Origin: Ruminococcus albus 7 = DSM 20455
GTDB taxonomy: Bacteria; Bacillota; Clostridia; Oscillospirales; Ruminococcaceae
Length of the DNA: 32,000 nucleotides
Direction of reading: 5' to 3'
NCBI RefSeq assembly: GCF_000179635.2
Contig: NC_014833.1
Location: forward strand, 3,120,001-3,152,000
Shown: positions 16,715-25,263 of the stretch, in pieces
How the letters are laid out: each line of letters begins with the position of its first letter
How positions within the stretch are numbered: the first letter of the stretch is position 1
Notes under the pieces: model-generated
The model's database searches: none
What the model was told of the DNA's origin: nothing
The model's input: only the letters and a program-made list of their open reading frames with translations
Position numbers and translations under genes: made by a program

Positions 16715-17457
16715 TTTTCGCCTCCGTAAGCCAGTTCTATATCTATGAACTGCACGACTATCTCGCAGACCTCTCCGTCAGCATCAAAGCCCCAGTAAGT
16801 CGGGTATCTGCCGTCACCGAAGCCCGAATTGCATATTGGTATGTGAAGCTTTGTATCGGGTATCACAAGATCCAGCCTGTCACCGTTTTTACGCTGATAT
16901 TTCGGATCGTTCTCATAGCTTGCCTTAAACAGTTCTTCCATAAAATCGTAATAGGCATTGAAACCGTCACCGTGTACAGCCGCAAGCTTGCGCAGATGTT
17001 CTACATAAGCCCTTTCAGCTGCCCTGTCGCAGATACAGCCAAGTCCTGCATCCACGGGAAAGCCCCAGTAATCGCCCTCTTCAAATCCGTCCAGTTCGGA
17101 AGTATCCTCCGTCCCTGTCAGCGCCAGAGAATACCTGACTGCCCTTTTCTCGCTGAATCTCACCCGCATAGCGGCATTCCTTGCACAGTCTCCGTTCATT
17201 TCGGGGATAATGCAAAGTTCCGCAGGATATTCCCCGACAGGCACGCGGATATAAAAACTTTCACTGCCGTCATAAAGGTACGCAAGAGGGTCAGCCGCTA
17301 TTATCTCCCCCGTAGGCACGCTTAACGTACCAAAGGGATAGCGGACGATACTCACACCCGATATCACGTCGTTTTCAAAGTATTCGTTAAAGTCCACAGG
17401 ACTTTCCAGTACTTTTCGGTACTTTTCAACATCTGAGAACCATTTTTCACTCGGCAT
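16711..17457 (-). CDS. DUF4241 family protein (248 aa)
   Basis: As I recall the family, it has the characteristic blocks FPVDAGLGCICD and NSGFGDGRYPTYWGFDADGEV. The RBS GGAGGA lies 6 nt upstream of the ATG. Confidence 0.75.
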   Translation of the reverse strand: MPSEKWFSDVEKYRKVLESPVDFNEYFENDVISGVSIVRYPFGTLSVPTGEIIAADPLAYLYDGSESFYIRVPVGEYPAELCIIPEMNGDCARNAAMRVRFSEKRAVRYSLALTGTEDTSELDGFEEGDYWGFPVDAGLGCICDRAAERAYVEHLRKLAAVHGDGFNAYYDFMEELFKASYENDPKYQRKNGDRLDLVIPDTKLHIPICNSGFGDGRYPTYWGFDADGEVCEIVVQFIDIELAYGGEK

Positions 17458-17517
17458 ATCGTATCCTCCACGGTGCTCATTTCACATAACATAAAATTGT
17501 AAAAAAAGTATAGCTAT

Positions 17518-17546
17518 ATTATAATATATAAATCACGTTTTGTCAA
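17518..17546 (-). promoter_or_regulatory. Consensus promoter of the DUF4241 operon (TTGACA-17-TATAAT on the minus strand)
   Basis: The reverse complement reads TTGACA (17541-17546), a 17-nt spacer, then TATAAT (17518-17523). Confidence 0.6.
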
Positions 17547-17608
17547 TATATTACAACATCGCTCAGTGTCAAGCTGTGCAAAACGTCAGTATTTTCATGC
17601 CTGTAAAT

Positions 17609-17641
17609 AAAAAACTCCGCGGCAGAAAACTGCACACGGAG
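17609..17641 (-). terminator. Intrinsic terminator of the HAD phosphatase gene
   Basis: On the minus strand, CTCCGTGTGCAG-TTTTC-CTGCCGCGGAG (one wobble, one bulge) is followed by TTTTTT. It lies 27 nt after the stop codon. Confidence 0.7.
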
Positions 17642-17667
17642 CGTATGTATCAAATATGTACGGGATC

Positions 17668-18453
17668 TCAGAAACAAAGCTTGATTATCTCTTTCATCAC
17701 GCTGTTGTCATTGTTTGAGCCCGTAGAGAAATTCGCAGCCTTTTTGACCAGGGCATGAGAATTCTCCATAGAGAAGCTGTAATAGGAATTTTCCAGCATC
17801 TCGATATCATTGAGATAATCCCCGAAAGACATGGTCTCACCGTAATCAACACCCAGCCTGTCCTGCATCTTGTGGAGTGCGGAACCCTTGGTTATGCCGC
17901 GGTTCATTATATCCACCCAACGATCTCCCGAAAGCTGAACGTTGAAATAATCACCATAGCGGACACGCAGCTTGGGATAAGCTGTACTCTCGATACTTCC
18001 CTTTCTCTCAAAAACAGCCACCTTGAATATCTCATCGCTGAAGGATGAAAGATCATCCAGATACTGTTCGTTAAGGTAATACTTCCTGATCTCCTCCAGT
18101 TCCTCAGCAGAACTGCCGTTGTGCCACGTACCGTGTTTACCGCAAAGGAGTATCAGCAGCCCCTGTTCTTCACAGTAGCGGATGATATTGTGCACCGCAT
18201 CATCGGGCAGCACCGACATTGATACTACCTCACCCTTATCATATACGTAAGCGCCGTTATCACATATAAAAATAAGATCGTCCAAATAACTTTTGAACTG
18301 CTGCTTCAGCGTGCAGAAACTGCGTCCGCTGGATACTGCGAACCTGATGTTCCTGCGGTTCAAATCCTGTAATACAGCATCAAAATTTTCAGGCAGGCGC
18401 TTGCTGTCATCAAGCATTGTGCCGTCAAGATCGGTGGCTATCAGCTTTATCAT
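17668..18453 (-). CDS. Cof-type HAD-IIB family phosphatase
   Basis: Motif I is ATDLDGTML and motif IV is GDYLNDIEM. The length (~261 aa) is typical of Cof/YidA-like sugar phosphatases. The start is set at the ATG at 18453; the track start at 18456 is a TTG one codon upstream. Confidence 0.85.
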   Translation of the reverse strand: MIKLIATDLDGTMLDDSKRLPENFDAVLQDLNRRNIRFAVSSGRSFCTLKQQFKSYLDDLIFICDNGAYVYDKGEVVSMSVLPDDAVHNIIRYCEEQGLLILLCGKHGTWHNGSSAEELEEIRKYYLNEQYLDDLSSFSDEIFKVAVFERKGSIESTAYPKLRVRYGDYFNVQLSGDRWVDIMNRGITKGSALHKMQDRLGVDYGETMSFGDYLNDIEMLENSYYSFSMENSHALVKKAANFSTGSNNDNSVMKEIIKLCF

Positions 18454-18727
18454 CAATTACCTCATTTCTGCCCTTAGCAAGGGCGTTTTCCGCCGTTCAC
18501 AAACAAGCATATTATAAGATATTTCAACAAAGAAATCAACTGTTTTTTATGCAATATGGAAAAGTTTGTAGATATCTATATATTTACCCCGATGAGATTA
18601 AGATAGTTGAATATTTTGCATAAATCCATCACATCAGCATACAATTTACAGATCACTCCGCACTTCATTACCCGCAGCTCCAAATTTTCCCTGATGTGAC
18701 AAACAACTGAAAAATTTCTCCGGGACA

Positions 18728-18755
18728 TTGACAAGCGCATAAAATGTGCTACAAT
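18728..18755 (+). promoter_or_regulatory. Distal candidate promoter upstream of ltaS (TTGACA-16-TACAAT with TGn)
   Basis: TTGACA at 18728-18733, a 16-nt spacer ending in TGC, and TACAAT at 18750-18755. Confidence 0.45.
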
Positions 18756-18835
18756 GTTAACTGAGATAATATAAAAACCATGTGGTTTTACGAACATTGG
18801 CAATTGTTTAAAACGCCGAAAATGACCAAGCGTTC

Positions 18836-18864
18836 TTGACAATTATCACAAATAGGATTAAAAT
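18836..18864 (+). promoter_or_regulatory. Proximal candidate promoter upstream of ltaS (TTGACA-17-TAAAAT)
   Basis: TTGACA at 18836-18841, a 17-nt spacer, and TAAAAT at 18859-18864. Confidence 0.5.
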
Positions 18865-18916
18865 AGTATTCGTATTACGGAACATTATAGAGAATAAGTA
18901 GACCAAGGGGAATCGG

Positions 18917-21190
18917 ATGATGAAATTTATAAAGAAAATAGGCAGCAAGCTTGGCAGGTTCTGCAAGGATAATCCGCTGCTGCTCTCATTTGTTGCTATC
19001 TCAGTGCTGAACGCTTTTTTACTGAGGATATTCACGGTCAAATTTGCCTATAATCAGATCAAACCGCTGCTGGCAGATATTGCTGCGATGCTGCTGATGG
19101 GCTCTTTTTCCTTCTTTTTCAAAACACTCAAAGGACGTTTCAGATACCTGATGACAATGAATGTAATAAACGTTATATTCGTTGCGGGCAATTCGATATA
19201 CTACTCGAACTTCAAGTCATTCCTTTCGTTCTCGCTGCTTTCCACAGGTTCGCAGCTCCCGGGCGTTATGGATGCTGTCTTCAAGAACATAATGGAGGCT
19301 AAGGATCTCCTGTACCTGTGGGCGATACCCGCACTGGCAGTGGTATACCACTTCAACAAGAAGAAGACACGTAAATACGAGGGTGAAACGAAGCAGAAGC
19401 AAAAGCGCGGAAAGAACTTCGGATTCACGGTCGCCTGCGGACTGGTCATCCTCGGTATATTTGCCGCTACCCTCACAGGTACGGATTATTCAAGACTTCG
19501 CAAGCAGTGGAACAGAGAATACGTACTTGGCACCTTCGGTATGTACGTATATCAGACCAGTGATGCTGTATCCAGTGCATATTCCAAAATAAACATGGTA
19601 TTCGGATATGCAGAAAAGAAAGAGGCTTTTGACGAATTCTACGAAGAAAAAGACGACAAGACCGAAGTAAATGCATCAGTCGCAAAAAACGATTATACCG
19701 ATATATTCAAAGGCAAGAATGTTATAGTCATACACGGTGAAAGTATGCAGCAGTTCTGCATGGACACCTATATAAACGGCGAGGAGCTTACACCAAACCT
19801 CAACAAGCTTGCCAGAGAGGGTCTGTATTTCAGCAACTTCTATGCACAGGAAAGTGTAGGAACAAGTTCTGACTCAGAATTCACCTTTGCATCGTCACTG
19901 ATGCCCGCATCCAGCGGTACAGTGGCTATAAACTACTGGGACAGAAATTATGCCACCACACAGAAGATGCTGAAAAACAAGGGCTATTACACATTCAGTA
20001 TGCACGGCAACAACGGCTCTTACTGGAACAGACTCAATCTCCACAGTTCTCTCGGCTATGATAAATTCTATAACTATACCGATGATTTTGTCATTGACGA
20101 AACTATCGGTCTCGGACTTTCGGATAAAAGCTTCTTCAGGCAGGCAGTACCGAAAGTCAAGCAGATAGACGTTGAGCATGACAACTGGTACGGCTGTTTC
20201 CTTATGCTGACTAACCATACTCCGTTTACGGATATAGAACGTGTTAGTGATTATGACATATCATTCAGGTATAAAAAGTACAACGAAGAAACAGGTCTTT
20301 ACGAAGATATCTCAGCACCATTCATTGAAGGCACAAAGCTGGGTTCTTACTTCAAATCGGTACACTATGCCGATGAAGCGCTGGGACAGTTCCTTTCCGA
20401 CCTTGATAAAGAAGGTCTGCTGGAAAACTCCATAGTTGTACTGTACGGCGACCACGATGCAAAGATAAAGGCTGCTGAATATGAGTACTATCTCAACTAT
20501 GATCCCTTTACCGATACTGTCCTTACCGAGGAAGACGAGGGCTATATCCCCGTTGATGATTTCTACTACAACATCAACCGCAACACACCTTTCATAATAT
20601 GGTCAAAGGGCGGTGAATGCGAGCCAAGAGAGATCAGGCAGGTAATGGGTATGTACGATATCCAGCCCACACTCGGCAATATGCTGGGCTTTGAGAACAA
20701 GTATGCTCTTGGGCACGATATATTCTCAATACCCGAAGACAAGGAAAATGTGGTAATATTCCCAAACGGCAATTTCATCACCGATACCATCTACTATGAC
20801 AGCCAGAAGGGCACCTATTTCGATCTGGATGGTTACAAGAACGTTATGACTTCCGTTTCCTGCAATCAGGTATTCAAAGATACGCCCAACCCGATATACA
20901 GTGAGGATAAGCATGGCAGTTTCAAATCTGCAGCAGATCAGGATTACTGTGCTGAAAGCTGCGAGATGCGAATAAATGACGGTGCTGTGGATGACGAATA
21001 TATACAGTCCTATGCAAGCTATGCCGAGGAGATAATAGATATATCCAACGCTATAATCTTCTACGATATGATAACCAAGACCGAGGAAGGCTTTGAGCAA
21101 AATATGGATGCTCAGTTCGATGATGACAGCCGAGCTGAACTGTTCAATCCTCCCGAGCCGGGAAAACGCCGCACAGGCATACCTATGTAG
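18917..21190 (+). CDS. ltaS: LTA synthase family protein (polytopic membrane N-terminus plus extracellular sulfatase/alkaline-phosphatase-fold domain)
   Basis: There are about five N-terminal TM helices. Sulfatase-fold motifs are present (VIVIHGESMQ, ESVGTSSDSEF, LTNHTPF, YGDHD). At 757 aa it has a longer C-terminal tail than typical LtaS. Confidence 0.82.
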   Translation: MMKFIKKIGSKLGRFCKDNPLLLSFVAISVLNAFLLRIFTVKFAYNQIKPLLADIAAMLLMGSFSFFFKTLKGRFRYLMTMNVINVIFVAGNSIYYSNFKSFLSFSLLSTGSQLPGVMDAVFKNIMEAKDLLYLWAIPALAVVYHFNKKKTRKYEGETKQKQKRGKNFGFTVACGLVILGIFAATLTGTDYSRLRKQWNREYVLGTFGMYVYQTSDAVSSAYSKINMVFGYAEKKEAFDEFYEEKDDKTEVNASVAKNDYTDIFKGKNVIVIHGESMQQFCMDTYINGEELTPNLNKLAREGLYFSNFYAQESVGTSSDSEFTFASSLMPASSGTVAINYWDRNYATTQKMLKNKGYYTFSMHGNNGSYWNRLNLHSSLGYDKFYNYTDDFVIDETIGLGLSDKSFFRQAVPKVKQIDVEHDNWYGCFLMLTNHTPFTDIERVSDYDISFRYKKYNEETGLYEDISAPFIEGTKLGSYFKSVHYADEALGQFLSDLDKEGLLENSIVVLYGDHDAKIKAAEYEYYLNYDPFTDTVLTEEDEGYIPVDDFYYNINRNTPFIIWSKGGECEPREIRQVMGMYDIQPTLGNMLGFENKYALGHDIFSIPEDKENVVIFPNGNFITDTIYYDSQKGTYFDLDGYKNVMTSVSCNQVFKDTPNPIYSEDKHGSFKSAADQDYCAESCEMRINDGAVDDEYIQSYASYAEEIIDISNAIIFYDMITKTEEGFEQNMDAQFDDDSRAELFNPPEPGKRRTGIPM

Positions 21191-21373
21191 GAATTCACAA
21201 TTCACAATTGTTGACAGGAAGATAACGCAGAAGTACTAAGGATAATAATGCCAAGGGAGAGAGCTTGAGGGGAGCCTCTCGGTCAAGGCGCAAATCCATA
21301 AAGCAAAGCGAACTATAAGAGAACAGCAATACTTCCTACCCTGTCAAAAAAAGCGTGGCAATAAAGATATTAC

Positions 21374-21412
21374 GAGCGTGGACAAAATCAACCGTCCACG
21401 CTCTTTCTTTGT
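21374..21412 (+). terminator. Intrinsic terminator on the + strand, about 185 nt after the ltaS stop
   Basis: Perfect 10-bp stem GAGCGTGGAC/GTCCACGCTC with a 10-nt loop, followed by TTTCTTTGTCTTTG. Confidence 0.7.
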
Positions 21413-21623
21413 CTTTGTGCGTCAAATTATTGCTCGCGCATCGTCCCGAGGAACGAGGTGCGAACACCGGCAAACTTTTGCCAATAACTTTCTCCAAAAG
21501 TCCTGTTTATACCAGCACGTTCACAGAAAATACAACCGACATCAAAGATATACGAAAGGATGCGACTGTATACCATAACGTACTTGTGGCATCCAGTCGA
21601 TATGATATCGCTATGCAAAAGTA

Positions 21624-21658
21624 TAAAAAAATACGCCTGCGTACAAAACGCAAGCGTA
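21624..21658 (-). terminator. Intrinsic terminator of rpmB
   Basis: On the minus strand, TACGCTTGCG-TTTTGTA-CGCAGGCGTA (one G-U pair) is followed by TTTTTTT. It lies 35 nt after the stop codon. Confidence 0.8.
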
Positions 21659-21692
21659 CTGTTCACTGTTTGTTTGCAAGCCGAAACTGCAA

Positions 21693-21878
21693 TTATGCTC
21701 TTTCAACCTTGCCCGAGCGCAGACATCTGGAGCAAACATAAACGTGTGTGGGAGTGCCGTTAACAACAGCCTTAACTCTCTTTACGTTGGGCTTCCAGGT
21801 TCTGTTGGTTCTTCTGTGAGAGTGAGATACCTTAATACCGAAAGTAACACCCTTTCCGCAAACTTCACATTTTGCCAT
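21693..21878 (-). CDS. rpmB: 50S ribosomal protein L28
   Basis: MAKCEVCGKGVTFGIKVSHSHRRTNRTWKPNVKRVKAVVNG... is a canonical L28 sequence. The start is set at the ATG at 21878, after the RBS AGGAGG. Confidence 0.95.
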   Translation of the reverse strand: MAKCEVCGKGVTFGIKVSHSHRRTNRTWKPNVKRVKAVVNGTPTHVYVCSRCLRSGKVERA

Positions 21879-21960
21879 ATCGGTGCGCACCTCCTTTACA
21901 CGAAATTTAAGCTGACCGATCTAAGCCGACAGCTTAAATCCAATCACATGATACTAGAGT

Positions 21961-21989
21961 ATTATAACACATATCACACAAAATTGCAA
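21961..21989 (-). promoter_or_regulatory. Promoter of rpmB (TTGCAA-17-TATAAT on the minus strand)
   Basis: The reverse complement reads TTGCAA (21984-21989), a 17-nt spacer, then TATAAT (21961-21966). The leader of about 75 nt contains the hairpin AAGCTG...CAGCTT (21910-21937). Confidence 0.6.
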
Positions 21990-22057
21990 GCCCTTTTCAA
22001 AAAAAATTTAAAAAACTGCCGATTTGATGAAAAATGACAAAAACAGTCCCTTTGCAC

Positions 22058-22086
22058 TTGAAATATTCTTGTAGATGTAGTATAAT
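22058..22086 (+). promoter_or_regulatory. Promoter of the M50 protease / scpAB gene string (TTGAAA-17-TATAAT)
   Basis: TTGAAA at 22058-22063, a 17-nt spacer, and TATAAT at 22081-22086. Confidence 0.6.
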
Positions 22087-22166
22087 ATATAATGTATTTG
22101 TGTATCAACAGACAAATTCTGCCAATGCTGAATACGGCAGAAATAACAATGAAATGAGGAAAGAAA

Positions 22167-22958
22167 ATGACCATAGACTATCTATTGAGATACGGCTCAC
22201 GTATTCTGATACTTATGATGTGTATACCCGTACATGAATTTGCCCACGCATGGGCTGCTACAAAACTCGGGGATGATACACCTGCCTATCAGAAAAGGCT
22301 CACACTGAACCCCATAGCCCACCTTGACCCCATAGGCTCCATAGGTATACTGCTCTGCGGTTTCGGCTGGGGCAAGCCCGTACAGGTGAATCCCGCAAGA
22401 TTCAACAGGAAGATATCCATGAGGGCAGGCATGGCGATAACGGCTGCGGCAGGTCCTTTATCAAACCTTATCATGGCGCTGTTAGGAACGATAGCTTACA
22501 AATTCCTGCTTGGGTCGATAGTTTACAATAGCAACACCATTAGAGTTGACAATCTGATTTTCAACGCTAAAGAATTGTTATATAAGTTTTTTGTTCAAAA
22601 CACCGGGTATGTAGATTATTATGCAAAGCTCCTAGCCGAAGCCAACAACAATTTGGCGCTGTACTGGCTTTTAGTGATATGCGAGGCTTTTGTATTTATA
22701 AACATCGGTCTTGCAGTGTTCAACCTTATACCCGTTGCACCTCTGGACGGTCAGAAGATATTCTCATACTTCCTGCCGGACAGGATAAACGCAAAGATAG
22801 CCAACTATCAGTTCTATATATCCCTGATAGTTATCGGTCTTCTGACATTCAGCGACCTGCTGAACGGTCCTGTATTGTGGATGGAATCAGGTATATTCTG
22901 GGTGCTGAACAAGATAACATTCTTCATCGATCCGCTGGTGACGATGATATTCAAGTAA
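22167..22958 (+). CDS. Site-2 protease family (peptidase M50) membrane metalloprotease
   Basis: It has the HExxH motif HEFAHAW in a TM helix, a second zinc-ligand motif NLIPVAPLDG and multiple TM segments. Confidence 0.85.
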   Translation: MTIDYLLRYGSRILILMMCIPVHEFAHAWAATKLGDDTPAYQKRLTLNPIAHLDPIGSIGILLCGFGWGKPVQVNPARFNRKISMRAGMAITAAAGPLSNLIMALLGTIAYKFLLGSIVYNSNTIRVDNLIFNAKELLYKFFVQNTGYVDYYAKLLAEANNNLALYWLLVICEAFVFINIGLAVFNLIPVAPLDGQKIFSYFLPDRINAKIANYQFYISLIVIGLLTFSDLLNGPVLWMESGIFWVLNKITFFIDPLVTMIFK

Positions 22959-22972
22959 GGCGGGGATAGGCG

Positions 22973-24679
22973 ATGTCAACAGCCAGATTCAAACTGGATA
23001 TGTTTGAGGGTCCTCTAGACTTGCTGCTCCACCTTATCACCAAGCACAAGCTGAACATCTACGATATCGAGATAGCGGTGCTGCTGGAACAGTATCTGGA
23101 GTACATGGCAGGTCTTGAAGAAGAGGACTACGAGGACGCAGCTGATTTTCTGGAAATGGCTGCAAGGCTCATATATATAAAGACAGCTTCGCTTCTGCCC
23201 AAGGATGACGAGGGCGAGGAGCTGAAAAAGGAATTGCAGGGCAGCCTGATAGAGTACTCACTCTGCAAGATGGCTGCTGCACGCCTGAAAGAGCAGTACG
23301 CAGGCGGAGATATATTTGTGCGTGAGCCTGTGAAACTGCCTGTTAAAAAGGTCTTTACAGGAGAAAAAGATCCGCAGGAACTGCTGGCGGCTTATCTCGG
23401 CATGAGTGAGAAAGCACGCCACAGCAAGCCGCTGAAAGCGGAGATGTTCAAGCCTATACTCTCACGCAGGATAGTATCTGTGACTTCAAAGATAATCCAT
23501 GTGCTGAAAATGCTGATAACAAGGGGCGAATGCTTCCTGGACAGTATGTACGACGGCTGTGCGGACAAAAGCGAGAGAGTAGCAGTATTTCTGGCTGTAC
23601 TTGAGCTTACAAGGTCGGGCAGGATATTCCTGAACGACGACAACACCCGTGTGTACATGAATTCAGCTTCAAAGAAGCGAAAGATATCTTCTGCCTTTGA
23701 TGAAGCCGAGATAGCTGCCGAAGAAACGGCACACGGATCAATTGATACCGATATCAGCGAAGAAGAAGGAAGTACTGTGGATACAGAAGCACCTGAAAGT
23801 ACACTTTCTGACGATATTGCGGAAAGCAGCCGTCTTGCTGATATTCGTTCCTATGACCGCGGTTTCTCGGGACAGAACAGTACAACGGTACCTTACGATA
23901 TGTACGAACCGCCTGCAAGGACAGTATATAAAAGCGAAAGCAGACAGCGCAGCGCTCTGCCTGTGCTGAAAATAGAGCTTTCTCCCGAGCTTCAAAAAAT
24001 AGTTGAACAGGGCAGAAAGGATATGCCGCCAGATATGGCGGACGAAAATGCGGAGATCACTACTGAAACATCACCGATCGTAAGTTTGGCAAAACCTGTC
24101 AGCGAGGAAACACCTGTCACGACAGCGGCGGGATCACTGCAGGAGAACACCGAAAATGCGGAGATCACCGTTGAAACGGCACCGACCGTAAGTTTGGCAA
24201 AACCCGTCAGCGAGGAAACTCCTGTCACGACAGCGGCGGGATCACTGCAGGAGAGCACCGAAAATGCGGAGATCACTGCTGAAACAGCACCGATCGTTAA
24301 TTTGGCAAAACCTGTCAGGGAGGAAACTCCTGTCACGACAGCGGCGGAATCACCGCAGAAGAGCACCGAAAATGCGGAGATCACCGTTGAAACGGCACCG
24401 ATCGTAAGTTTGGCAAAACCTGTCAGGGAGGAAACTCCTGTCACGACAGCAACGGGATCACTGCAGGAGAACACCGAAAATGCGGAAATCACCGCTGAAA
24501 CATCACCGATCGTAAGTTTGGCAAAACCTGTCAGCGAGGAAACTCCTGTCACTGAGGAAGCTCAGGACAATGCAGAAAACACCGTACATAACGAGAGCAC
24601 TCACATGAGGACTGATCTTTTCGGTTTCAGATACTACTGGGGCGCATACGGCTGGCTGAACGGTCGGCTGAGAAAATAA
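22973..24679 (+). CDS. scpA: Segregation and condensation protein A (kleisin) with a ~340-aa repeat-containing C-terminal extension
   Basis: Residues 1-229 are a complete ScpA, from the N-terminal FEGPLDLLLHLI to the C-terminal winged-helix block VAVFLAVLELTRSGRIFL. The same frame then continues without a stop for 339 aa of acidic/Ser/Thr-rich sequence that includes the tandem repeats. Confidence 0.85.
   Translation: MSTARFKLDMFEGPLDLLLHLITKHKLNIYDIEIAVLLEQYLEYMAGLEEEDYEDAADFLEMAARLIYIKTASLLPKDDEGEELKKELQGSLIEYSLCKMAAARLKEQYAGGDIFVREPVKLPVKKVFTGEKDPQELLAAYLGMSEKARHSKPLKAEMFKPILSRRIVSVTSKIIHVLKMLITRGECFLDSMYDGCADKSERVAVFLAVLELTRSGRIFLNDDNTRVYMNSASKKRKISSAFDEAEIAAEETAHGSIDTDISEEEGSTVDTEAPESTLSDDIAESSRLADIRSYDRGFSGQNSTTVPYDMYEPPARTVYKSESRQRSALPVLKIELSPELQKIVEQGRKDMPPDMADENAEITTETSPIVSLAKPVSEETPVTTAAGSLQENTENAEITVETAPTVSLAKPVSEETPVTTAAGSLQESTENAEITAETAPIVNLAKPVREETPVTTAAESPQKSTENAEITVETAPIVSLAKPVREETPVTTATGSLQENTENAEITAETSPIVSLAKPVSEETPVTEEAQDNAENTVHNESTHMRTDLFGFRYYWGAYGWLNGRLRK
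24044..24552 (+). repeat. In-frame tandem repeat, 108-bp unit, about 4.7 copies
   Basis: The word GAAAATGCGGA recurs at 24044, 24152, 24260, 24368 and 24476. The units encode ENAEIT[TVA]ET[SA]P[IT]V[SN]LAKPV[SR]EETPVTTA.. with only a few substitutions per unit. Confidence 0.95.
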
Positions 24680-24693
24680 TAAGGAAAATAAAT

Positions 24694-25263
24694 ATGGAGA
24701 TACAAGAACTGGCAAATACATTGGAAGCTGTTCTTTTCGCCTCGGGTGAGGCTGTGGAGAGCAGACGGCTCTGTGAGGCGCTTGGTACTGATATCAGTGC
24801 GCTGGAAGAAGCTGCGGCGGTTTTAGAAAACAGGTACTCCGAGGGAAGCGGTATAAACCTTCTGCGGCTGGACAGTGCTTATCAGCTTGCTACCAAGGAG
24901 CAGTATTCACCGCATATCAAGGCGGTGCTGGAGATAAAGCGTTCATCAGCCCTCTCCCCTGCTGCTATGGAAGCACTGACCATAATAGCGTACAATCAGC
25001 CTGTAACAAAGGCTTTCGTTGAAAGTGTCCGCGGAGTGGACTCATCGGGTGTGGTGAATTCACTGGTAGAAAAAGGACTGCTTTGCGAAGCAGGAAGGCT
25101 TGACCTTCCGGGACGTCCCATAGCCTACGCGACTACAGAGAATTTTCTCAGAGCATTCAGGTTATCAAGCCTGAAAGACCTGCCGCCTCTGCCCGAACAG
25201 AGCAGTCAGGTAACGATAGACGAAGTTATTGAAGCGGCACAGGCAGCCGAAAACGAGGAATGA
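24694..25263 (+). CDS. scpB: Segregation and condensation protein B
   Basis: The N-terminus LEAVLFASGEAV is typical, the protein has two winged-helix domains, and the gene lies immediately downstream of scpA. Confidence 0.9.
   Translation: MEIQELANTLEAVLFASGEAVESRRLCEALGTDISALEEAAAVLENRYSEGSGINLLRLDSAYQLATKEQYSPHIKAVLEIKRSSALSPAAMEALTIIAYNQPVTKAFVESVRGVDSSGVVNSLVEKGLLCEAGRLDLPGRPIAYATTENFLRAFRLSSLKDLPPLPEQSSQVTIDEVIEAAQAAENEE

Noticed and set aside
21355-21741. Plus-strand 128-aa ORF in the ltaS-rpmB gap.
   Set aside because: It starts at a non-ATG codon with no RBS, reads through both intrinsic terminators (21374-21412 and 21624-21658) and overlaps the 3' end of rpmB. Its basic, low-complexity translation is typical of non-coding sequence.
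23992-24552. Minus-strand 186-aa ORF with internally repeated sequence (VTGVSSLTGFAKLTIG...).
   Set aside because: It is the antisense reading of the scpA tandem repeat. It stays open only because the 108-bp unit lacks stops in that frame. It has no RBS, and the sense frame is contiguous with a bona fide ScpA.
24044-24552. Could the regular 108-bp repeats be a CRISPR array?
   Set aside because: The whole 108-bp unit repeats, with no unique spacers. It is in frame within a coding sequence, the repeat is not palindromic and no cas genes are nearby.
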